From positions 109,616,001-109,680,000 of the forward strand of contig NC_059430.1 in the NCBI RefSeq assembly GCF_021028975.2: a stretch of 64,000 nucleotides of DNA, in the 5' to 3' direction. This DNA is from Sphaerodactylus townsendi. Its lineage: Eukaryota. Each line of letters opens with the position of its first letter. The stretch's first letter is position 1. The notes below the pieces were generated by a model. That model worked only from the letters and a program-made list of their open reading frames with translations, had not been told where the DNA came from and did not search any database. Positions 25,124-34,700 of this stretch are shown piece after piece. The translations under genes and the position numbers were made by a program.

Positions 25124-25238
25124 CGATATAAAGATATTTAGCAGGTTTTCCAGAGTTGGCAACTGGGGTATAAGCTTCTGCACCACCTTACTGAAGGCTT
25201 CAAATATTGAATGATCGTAGATGCTAGTCAAATAAAAA
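25124..25238 (-). CDS. RRAGC: RRAGC exon 4
   Basis: [38 protein letters not shown] (G5 motif TSIYD); 115 nt; not in the ORF track. Confidence 0.97.
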
Positions 25239-27914
25239 CTACAAAAGAAAATGTTGCAATTAAATGTTCAAATAGTTCCAACTTGTGCTTGCTGCATTGG
25301 TTAAAACAGGAATTACTAAAGCAACAAAGGATGTACTGGCCAATTAGAAACACTAGTGACATATTTAAAGTGAAGCATCAACAGTTATTCTACACCTTCT
25401 CATTTTGTTAATAGCTCTCCTTGCCTAACATGTCAAAAATCATGGTTCCCTAAATCTAATAAATTAAAAATAATAAACTCAATCAAGAACAAGCAAAATG
25501 GTTCTAGAGTCCATGAAAAGGATTAAAACCATCACTTCCTTGTGGAAAAGTGTGTATAAGCCAATTTGTGCAAAGAACACCGTTATACTGCTCTTGTATT
25601 AGAGCTATTAAGTGAAATTATGTATCTTATTATTGAGTTTACACAATATAGGCATGTAATTTTACTTGCAAAATGGATATATAGAATACCAAACACAGCA
25701 ACTTATAAATGTAGCAAATCTATGTTTGCCAAACATATCAAATCAATACTCTCATAATCCAAAACAATTATAGTTCAATCATAACAATCTGACATCGGCA
25801 TAGAATTCAAAAGTGAACAGGGACAAGAATACGTCTCCAATACATAGGACTACAATAAACATGAAGAAAAACAGATTTCCGGAAGATTAAAGCTGTTTTG
25901 AGCCCTAAAGTGTCTTCTTCAGTATATGTATTTCTTCTATATTTTCTACTTTGAGGGAGCTTCCAATCCTTCTACGGAGTAAATCAAATCATTGTGTTAA
26001 TTCCTAAGTTAGATTCTCCAGTCTATAAACATATAGGGCAAGTTAAAGAACCCAGAGTGTAAATAAGAGAACCCCCAGTAAACATCATCTCTTCTTACCA
26101 CAAGGAATTTTCACCTCGGCATCAATATACTCACTGACCTTAGGTGAACACTGTCTCAGCCTCCCTACTTTCCCAGCTACAATATGGAAATAATTCTTAG
26201 TTTTAATCTAATTCTTTTAATGTCTGTTACTATGTGACCCAAACTCCTTTAGTATGTGCAGCATTAAACACTTAAATAATATTCTGATCTGCCCTTGAAC
26301 AGCAACAGAATTATTGCTGCAGTCAAGGGTTGAATGACCAAACAGTGTTTTCTGGTAAATAGGGATGACCATTGGGTTTGGTTGTTCTCCATAAGGACCA
26401 CGGGGACTTCTGTTACACTGGAGGGCTGCAAAGGCCACTAGCAAGTTAAGCTGGGCCTAACACTGCAAAGCAGCAGTGTTGGGAGCAGGGGCGTATCTGC
26501 AAGAGGGACATGGGCAGTCAACTGACCCCAAGCACCACCCATTAGATCACAAATTGTCCCACACACACACACCCCACCCGTGGAGAGGCGCTCCCCGCCA
26601 GGCACTTGTTGGCCTGGCCCCACCAGGCGGCCCAGTACTGCCGCCACCCTTCTCCGCTGGCTGAGGTAAGTGGGGGGCAGGGGGGGTGGTTGAGGAGGTG
26701 TTGCCCCAGGCACCATTTTCTGCCGGTACGCCTCTGTTGGGGAGGCAGTGCTGTTTCACCACTTGAACCCAGCCTGTGGCACTACAGGGGGACATGTCCA
26801 GCATCCCTTCTCAGTGCACTCACTGGAGCCCAGCTGAGCAAGCCTCCCAACCACTTTCACCAAGGGCCCACTTGGCTCAGGCCAATGGCAGTGCAAATGC
26901 TAAAGCTTCAAAAATGCTATTCCATTCATTACTTAAAACTTTAAAATTTGGTAATTGTATTGACTCGGGCAGTTAATCAACTATGAATTGCTACAAACGC
27001 ATATTTTCCTCCAGGCCAGGGATCCTGGAGCATTTTTTGGCTTCCTCTGGGCATAAAGCAGGGGTCACTGTGTGTGAGGGGGAAGGAAGAAGTTCTATTA
27101 ATCAGACCTGGGACTGAGAAGCCTCACTGGACCAACCTTGGAGTTCTCAAGATGGCCCCAAGCATTACCAAAGCAATCATCACCAAATCAACCACCAAAT
27201 CAAGAGAGGAATGAAAGCAGGAACGGTGCAAAAATAATACAATTTTTTTACCAAGAATGGTTAGCTGTTCTACACCAACTTCTAGGCACAGAACTGATGC
27301 AGTCAAGCACAGCTTTACACAACAGCCAACCAGCTATCCTGAAGGGCCAACAAACAGGGCTTTGAGGCCAGTGTCTCAACCTGACATTGCCTCCTGGCAC
27401 CGGTGTTGAGATTTAACATTTCTGGATGTGGCGGTTCCCTTCAGTCATCATGTCTAGCAGCTATTCATAGATTACCACCATTGTTTTATAGACTGAAACT
27501 CACAATAAATTTTAATGACACTCTTGACAGAACTGTTCAGAAAGGAAAAGCTCTGTGAACAATATCACTGAGTATAGAATGTACTAGTTATACACTATTT
27601 TCTACTGACACACTATAACTTTATGTACTGTGTCTGTATTCTGTACCGTATCTGATATTCTATGCTTGTCCAGATTTCTTTAATTCTGCCCCTAGTACTT
27701 TGCTTATTAGATGTCTCATCATACTGCCTACATCAACTGATAATGTGTAATCCACTTTAAATCTCAGTGGGAAAGGCAAATTACAAATACAATAACTAAA
27801 ATTAACAAGTCTTAGAAAGTTTGGCTCAGTTTTCGGTCTCAAATCAAGCACAAGAAGCAAGGCGGAAAGAAACCACATGCAATGAACTGCAGCAAAGAAA
27901 AAAGTTCCACTTAC

Positions 27915-28114
27915 CTAAGATGAAGTTTTTCTAGTCCAGCATCACCAAGGTCATCATTAGCTCTCTGATGAATATCTCTTTGAGTTTCTATTTTATGGTC
28001 ATCTGACAAGCCATCTACTTTATGAATAAAAACCTCAAAGTTCATGTCTGGGTTGATTTTGTATGCTTTTGAGACCGTAATGTGGAGTCTAGTTAAAGCT
28101 TCCATATAGTCATC
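27915..28114 (-). CDS. RRAGC: RRAGC exon 3
   Basis: [10 protein letters not shown]...FIHKVDGL (G4 motif)...EKLHL; 200 nt. Confidence 0.97.
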
Positions 28115-28727
28115 CTGTTAACAAGATTTAACATGCAACTTACTGCCTTTGCGTGATCAAAAAGCGGCTATACTATTATACAGAAAAGATCATCAAGACC
28201 TATAATTTGCATGACATGAGTAAACATGAGAAATCATACAAATTAAGCGACCCCATGTACAATTTAGACCCAAATATTTGCCTTCCAGAGCTCGTTTAAA
28301 TACCCATTAAAAGCTATACAAAAGTTAGGTTCAGACATCACACAAAACGTGGGATCTAAAACATGGTTTTAAGTTGGTTTAGTTTTAGTTATGGTTGTGC
28401 TCGATGTATGATACCCTGATCTTGCTGCCCCTACCAAATGAATCTCTGTGGGATTTGCCATGACAATTTCTACATTTTTCCAATCACTAGGTTTACTCCA
28501 AACTATTTGAAGAAACTGAAATCCACATTGAGGATTTGGGTAATAGTTTGCTTTACTACAAAAAAAAAGATGACACCTGCATATATCTGTGTTCGACTTT
28601 AACATCTATAGGTTGCCATGAAATAAAACACGGCATAAAGACTGCTGAAATAGTGCTACCCACAGCCCACTCTAATCCTTGCAAACATCAACAGATTCTC
28701 GATGTGAACTCTTTCATTCATAACGAC

Positions 28728-28931
28728 CTGTGCGTCGATAACGTAGATAAGGGCTCCAGTTCCTCTGAAGATCATCTCGTAATCAAATGTTGGGTCAAAA
28801 AAATCCATTTGCCCAGGAAAATCCCATATTTGGAAGTTCACAAAGGAGCTGTTCGAAATATCATCCTTATAGATCTTGTTGGTACTCTCCAAAAACAAGG
28901 TTTCGTTAGGAGACATTTTGTGAAACACCAC
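28728..28931 (-). CDS. RRAGC: RRAGC exon 2
   Basis: [17 protein letters not shown]...WDFPGQ (G3 motif)...VIDAQ; 204 nt. Confidence 0.97.
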
Positions 28932-29280
28932 CTGAGGGCAAAACAGAGCACACACAATTGGCTGAGGTTTGATTGGGGGATTATACTTTCTGAGCCAAGT
29001 TTCAGGGAACTGTAACCTTGGAGGATCACTCATCCCAGAGAGCGCTTCCTCCTTGGGAGGGCAGGCAAGGATCTGAATGGGCACAACGGACCCATCAAAT
29101 AAGACAACAGGAGCACCAGACTTTCCCCTACTGAGGGTAGAACCCAGGCAGGGTAATGCCGGACTTTACTCCATGCCTTCTGGTAAGAAAGATAATAAAG
29201 ATGTTAGGCTTTGCCCTGCTGATGTGAGCACAAGGGATAAGAAGGAACTTGCCAGCACCTGCTTCCATCCTGTGCACAAT

Positions 29281-29515
29281 GGGTGGACTACAGCTGACCA
29301 AGGTGGGCACTGCCCTATGTTGTACTGATGGGTAGACTACAGGTAACCAAGACAGAAACTGCCCTATGGTGTACCGATAGATGGATTACAGCTGACCAAG
29401 ATGGGCACTTTCTTACAGTGTACCAATGGTTAGACTCCAGCTAGCCAAGACAGGAACTGTCCTATGGTGTACTGATGGGTGGACTACAGCTGACCAAGGT
29501 GGGCACTGCCCTATA
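29281..29515. repeat. 49-bp minisatellite, about 4.8 copies, alternating A/B units
   Basis: Units start at 29281, 29330, 29379, 29428 and 29477. Confidence 0.9.
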
Positions 29516-29689
29516 ATGTCCCAGCCAGCCGTCTGAAGCCAAGCAGCACCGTTTCAGTTCAGCAGGCCAATAAAGAGGAACAAGGGCCCGCTGTCACCCT
29601 AGGCACAGTGCAGCCCTCTTCCTCCACCCGGGTAAAGTGGGGTTCGGTCCCAGTGGCGGTTCGGCCCCAGGACCAGTAGAGCTGCATCG

Positions 29690-30290
29690 GATTAAGGCAT
29701 CGCGGCCGACATAAAGGCATACCGGGGGGGGGGGGGACAGCCCGGATCCTTCTCGCCTCCGCCCACCCCCGTTTGGACCCGCCAGGGCCGCCGCGCCCAC
29801 CTTCTGGATGGACGACTTCCCACTACGCCGCAGCCCCATGAGCAAAATGCGCGGCTGCTTGGAAGCGTCGCCACCCGGGCCCAGCCCGCAGCCGCCGCCA
29901 CCGCCAGGCCCGCCGCCGCCACCGCCACCGCCGCCCAGTTCGGCCGCCTCGTCATCGTCCTCCTCGTCGTCGTCCTCCGCGCCGTAGCCGAAATCTTTGG
30001 GGAACGAGTCCGCCGCGCCGAAGCTGCCCCCGGGCAAGACCGCTTCCTCAGCTCCGCTCGCCGCCCCGAACTGCAGCGCCGCCATGCCCAGCTCGACCCA
30101 GCCCCGGCGCCCACCGGCCTACACCGCGCCGTGATTGGGCCCGCTTCTCGTGACCGGAAGGGGCGGGGCCGCCTCGCGGAAGAGGCTGGCGGCTCTCTAG
30201 CAACGGGGTCTGCCGCTCTCAAGGCGTCCTCGGCCCTTGGAAGAGGGCTCCACGCACGAGACCCCGCAAACGGACTGCCGCTCTAGGCTT
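29690..30290 (-). promoter_or_regulatory. RRAGC CpG island and promoter
   Basis: CpG-dense; CCAAT (gattgg about 30133), CLEAR/E-box-like GTCACGAG (30148-30155), ETS CCGGAAG and GC box GGGGCGGGG. Confidence 0.75.
29801..30085 (-). CDS. RRAGC: RRAGC exon 1
   Basis: MAALQFG...AADSFPKDFGYG...PRILLMGLRRSGKSSIQK (P-loop); donor GT 29800-29799; spliced CDS 1248 nt = 415 aa. Confidence 0.97.
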
Positions 30291-30544
30291 TCTTCTAGTC
30301 TTGACTGTCCTGTTCCTCCATGGGCTCCTCCACCCTGGCAAGGCGGGACCTCAAGAGGGCTCCCCCCCAAGCACCCCATTGCTGAAAGCCCCGGTCCTGA
30401 CCAGTCGCTTTTTCTCTCCCCTTCCCCCATCCACCCTCGTTTGTAATGAGTCCCGTGAAAATTCTTAAGTTTGTGCAACGGTAAATACTTCTTTCTGTGC
30501 TATCCTTCCGAAGATGGCAAGCAAGCAATTATTTACACACAATA

Positions 30545-30766
30545 AGAGGAAGATCTGCCTGTTCGCAGGTAACCTGAGAATGATGTCCTCCATTATTTGA
30601 ACAAAATCTTGGGACTTGTCTTCCTCATTGAGAACAATCATCTGGACGTACTCCACGTTGGCTACTCCTTTCTTGACAAGGTCCAGAATCCTCCCTGGTG
30701 TTGCTATCACTAGGTGCACTGTATCATCAAGCCTCATGATGTCGTCAGGCAGGTTGGTTCCTCCAG
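30545..30766 (-). pseudogene. DDX6: DDX6 (DEAD-box helicase) fragment, probable processed retrocopy
   Basis: [71 protein letters not shown] closely matches DDX6; DEAD changed to NEED, LL deleted, rest of the protein absent. Confidence 0.85.
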
Positions 30767-30848
30767 CGCACACAATAAGGGTAGCAGTTAGACTGTGAAT
30801 TCACAAAGTCTACAATGTATGCACTTACGGAGCTGTATCTCAGTAATG

Positions 30849-31316
30849 CCCCTTGCCCCCTTGGTGCTATGCCATGGGCTGTATCTCAGTAATGCCCCAA
30901 TGCACCTTCAAGTATTATCTCATAAGCAAATTCATTAAGTGCTAGTAACACTTCTACAATTGCTTCCTTAATTCCAGAGGGTTAGCTATTAAAATCAAGT
31001 TGGACTTCATTTGTTTCTGCAAAGCTTTGCAGAAACAAATGAAGTCCAACTTGATTTTTGTAAGAACAATCTGATATGTGACTTATTCACCAACACTGAA
31101 AATGCCATGCACTCATGAGCCTCCAAAGATTTGTCAAGGCCAGAACATATCCAGATTCCAGAAGCTGGTCACTCATGTTGGGTTTTCAAGATTACCAATA
31201 TCTAATTCTGTGGAGATCAGGGAATCATGTACATATTACTGTATGAGACATACTTGAAGGTGCATTGGGGCATTACTGAGATACAGCCCATGGCATAGTG
31301 CCAAGGGGACAAGGGG
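30849..31316. repeat. Nested inverted repeat: 67-bp arms around a perfect 68-bp palindrome
   Basis: Arms 30849-30915 and 31250-31316 differ at 3 positions; palindrome 30991-31058 centred on AAGCTT. Confidence 0.92.
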
Positions 31317-32496
31317 TGACGCACTGGGTGCGTGCCAGTGCGGGGGCGTGGCAGGGGTACAGGGCGCACGCATGTGTATAGAGAACTGTGATTGGTTCTG
31401 AGAAAGCTGAGTTACTCAGGAAGTTGATTTATTGTTCTGTGGACATACACTGCCACTGCCCATGGCTTTGCTTTCCTTCTCCAGTGGCTTTCACCTCGTG
31501 TTGCTTTTGCCTGGAATCCCCAGAGAGCCTCTTACTGCCTTCTGGAAACTGTGGGACACCATGGGTTTCCCTGGCAAATTCCAGAGAGCTAACGAGGTCC
31601 TGCTGGAGCTAAGGAGAGGTGCTTGTCAGAGTTTGTTTCAGCAGCATCCCAAATGCAGTGTTATTTGCTCTTTTCAAATGGGATTCCTTGGAAAAACAGC
31701 AGAAATGGAGCCTGGCGTTAAAAATGTGAGGCACCACTTACAGGAAGCACCTACAGCATGGCCTACAACAGCAGTTCCCAATCTGGGGTAATATTGGATG
31801 TTAAAATCTCCCCACCCCCAATTATGTGCAATCAGTGAGCCAAATGGAGGTTTGCCAATGCAGTATTTGTTTCCACGTATCAACTACTCTTGAGGGCTTG
31901 AGTCAGAAAATATAATTCTGTTTACTACACTTAAAGGAACAGACACTGTGAAAGGATTTCATTCCAGAGGGTTTGTTGCCACCTAGAAAAAGCTTCTGGG
32001 ATGCCAGGAAAGATAACTCACCCTGAAGCAGAACAATCCTTGAGTGTTATAAAATCTGAAACCAGACTGTTGTTTAGGCCTCTCAGATTAGGTAATGATT
32101 AGGAAGACACCATCTATCGTCTATACTATTTCAGGTTAACTAATAGGTTGTTGAGTTTGGGGAGGGTATATTATTTATTTATTGTGTAATGATGTAATTG
32201 TGGATTTATGCTGCTGTGTGAATTGTAACTGGAATACTGTTATGCTATATCACTGTTATTATTATTGCTTTTGTGATCTTATTATAAAATGTTATATTGT
32301 TAATTTGTACTTACTATGTTACTCTTATGAAATTTTATATTAATGTTGATGATGATGCTATTTTAGTTGATTAGCTGTGATTAGCTGTTAACCTGATGGT
32401 ACTATTGTTTATGCTGAATTGCTGGTTTTGTATTCCTATATCATTGTTTTCTTACAATGTTGTTCACCGCCCTGAGCCCTCTGGGGGAGGGCGGTA

Positions 32497-32688
32497 CAGT
32501 GGTACCTCAAAAATCGGCAATAATCCGTCCGGAGATTATTGGTGATTTCCAAAAACGGTGTATTTCGAGGGACGCCGTTTGCACATGCGCGAACGCCATT
32601 AGCGCACGCGCAATGGCATTTGCGTACCCTTGGTGGCCGCTGAAAATAGAGGCGATAATTGAAGGCGTCGATTTTCGAGGTACCACTG
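32497..32688. mobile_element. Tigger/pogo-like MITE, CpG-rich
   Basis: TIRs CAGTGGTACCTC / GAGGTACCACTG; TA TSD. Confidence 0.85.
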
Positions 32689-33238
32689 TATACAAATTAA
32701 ATATATCATTCTTTTTGAATGTGAGAAATGAAGACTACAAAAATGAATGAATAATGCTGCAGCAGCAGGGATGCTGAACTCTAACTAAAGTATGCACACT
32801 CCTTTTTGTATTCCTGTGAGCTGCTTTGGGAATCAATTCGATGAGATGGAAATTATAATAAGACACAAGGCTGAAGTTGTCCTAGTCACGTGGAAGGTAA
32901 AGGAAGATGCATGACGGAAGTCAGGATTATCTGACAACCTTCAGTACCAGTTTTCCTAAGTGCTCCTTGGCACGAGACTCAATTAATTCAATGCTCCATC
33001 ACATCTCTCTTCTCCAGCCTATGCTATTTAAGAACAGAAGAGCAATTATTATGAATTCTACTCCTATAGTACTTGTGTTTCAAAGCACCTTCCCATCAGC
33101 AGGATAATTACTACTATGTTTCCACGAAAATAAGACAGTGTCTTATATTAATTTTTGCTCTTGTTTACCACAGAATACTACAACTACGACAACAATACTA
33201 GATATGTGTGCTTTTATTTTTGTAACATGCAAAGAACC

Positions 33239-33283
33239 TTATTCTCCCCGTTTCTCTTCCTGTGGTGGTTCATACTGCGCCAG
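33239..33283 (-). CDS. MYCBP: MYC-binding protein (AMY-1) exon 5
   Basis: LAQYEPPQEEKRGE*; AG acceptor; stop TAA. Confidence 0.95.
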   Translation of the reverse strand: MAQYEPPQEEKRGE

Positions 33284-33913
33284 CTGCAAAGAAAGAAGGG
33301 GGGGGAGTCATCTTACAAAAGTGAGCAACACCCCTCCCCCCAAAAAATATGCTTTTCTACAAGAAACCACACCACTTTTTATTCCACTGTCTCCCTGACC
33401 AGGGGCTCCCTGCAGTCCCAAACTTAAAACACGGTTGCAAAGGAGGCCAGAGTCTGCTCTGTTCAACTACAGCCCTGCTCAACTACAGCCCTGCTCAACT
33501 ACAGCAATCAGCACCTTAAAAGTAGAATAGAATTCTTGGTTTATTTATAGCAGGCGTAGAATAATAACTGCATCGTCTGAACTGGCCAGATCCTCACAAG
33601 GAACAGATTATATGTTCCCAGGGGTAATATTTTCCCTCCTGACCTCCCCCCATCCCCATCAAGTGAGATATTTCCATAAGCGAAGGAGCAAGGGGAAGGG
33701 GAGAGGAAAGCAGAGGCACTTTCACCCAGACCTGCACAGTCCAAAAGGCAGATAACATTCTTGATTGGATAACTCTCATTCTGAGGCAGAAAGCATGCGA
33801 AGCACCTCTCAGCAAACAGCACGGCAGGAACCGAGCTAGCTTTAGCGAGGGTCATGACAGCCAGGCGCACACCTGCCTCCACAGTCAAAGGAAAGCGGGG
33901 GGGGGGGGTGTAC

Positions 33914-34046
33914 CTTGGCCTTCAGCCGCTTGTTCTCTTCCAGCACCGCTTCGTACTTCTCTTTCGCCTCAGCCACCTCCAGCCGCAGGGCCTCCACTTC
34001 GGGGTTCTCCGGCGCCGCCGCCGCCCCCAAGTGATGCTTCAGGAAA
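33914..34046 (-). CDS. MYCBP: MYCBP exon 4
   Basis: FLKHHLGAAAAPENPEVEALRLEVAEAKEKYEAVLEENKRLKAK. Confidence 0.95.
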
Positions 34047-34156
34047 CTGGCGGCCAAAGTTAAGGGGCCTCGACGGCCACGAGGAACCCGGGCGCGGTCC
34101 GTAAGGGGAGGAACGGGCGGGTGGGGGAGAGGCGCGGGCAGGCGGGCAAAGGATAC
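34047..34156 (-). other. MYCBP: U12-type (minor spliceosome) GT-AG intron, MYCBP intron 3
   Basis: 5' splice site GTATCCTTT; branch site CCTTAAC (34059-34065) about 12 nt from the AG; no real polypyrimidine tract. Confidence 0.9.
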
Positions 34157-34205
34157 TCGAGGGCGCAGTTGGGCTTCTCGGGCTCTTCGTACAGGGCGAC
34201 CAAGA
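34157..34205 (-). CDS. MYCBP: MYCBP exon 3
   Basis: (V)LVALYEEPEKPNCAL(D); 49 nt. Confidence 0.95.
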
Positions 34206-34299
34206 CTAGGAAAGAAGCGGCAGTGAACGAGGGGGGCCGGCCGAGGCGCCGCCGCGGCTCCGCCTCCCGCCCCGCCCAGGTCGTCCCCGCCTCGCCTAC

Positions 34300-34372
34300 C
34301 TTTGGTGAGCGAGTCCATCACCCCGGACTTTTCCAAGTAGCGCCGGAACTGCTCCCGCTTGGAGTCGGCGGC
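34300..34372 (-). CDS. MYCBP: MYCBP exon 2
   Basis: AADSKREQFRRYLEKSGVMDSLTK; 73 nt. Confidence 0.95.
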
Positions 34373-34479
34373 CTGCGGGGAAAGCAGACGCGGGAGAGTT
34401 GGAGGAGGCCGGCCGCCGCCGCTCGCAGCCCCAGCCCCGTCCCCGGCGGCCGGCCCCGTCCCGAACACGAGCCACACAC

Positions 34480-34494
34480 CTTGCTGTTCGCCAT
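34480..34494 (-). CDS. MYCBP: MYCBP exon 1 (MANSK)
   Basis: ATG GCG AAC AGC AAG|GT; equivalent to human MAHYK; spliced CDS 315 nt = 104 aa. Confidence 0.88.
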
Positions 34495-34700
34495 CGGCGC
34501 TTCCCTATCGACTGCCTCCGCTGCGCCTGCGCCGGAAAGGAGGCCGCGCCCTCGGGGGCTTTTGGGAAGGCGACGCGGCGTCCCCTCGTTGCCACGGAGA
34601 CCGCACGGAAAGGGCGGGGCTCGCGCGCCCTCGCAGGAGCAGATCGGCGAGAGGCGCGCGCCGGAAGGGCGGTCCCCGTCAGCCTTCGCCCGGCCGCGCC

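Noticed and set aside
29281-29515. Regularly spaced repeats resembling a CRISPR array
   Set aside because: Units are contiguous tandem copies without unique spacers, there are no cas genes, and the context is a vertebrate intron
30465-30773. Functional DDX6 gene
   Set aside because: Only about 74 codons, the DEAD motif is destroyed, and no other exons are present
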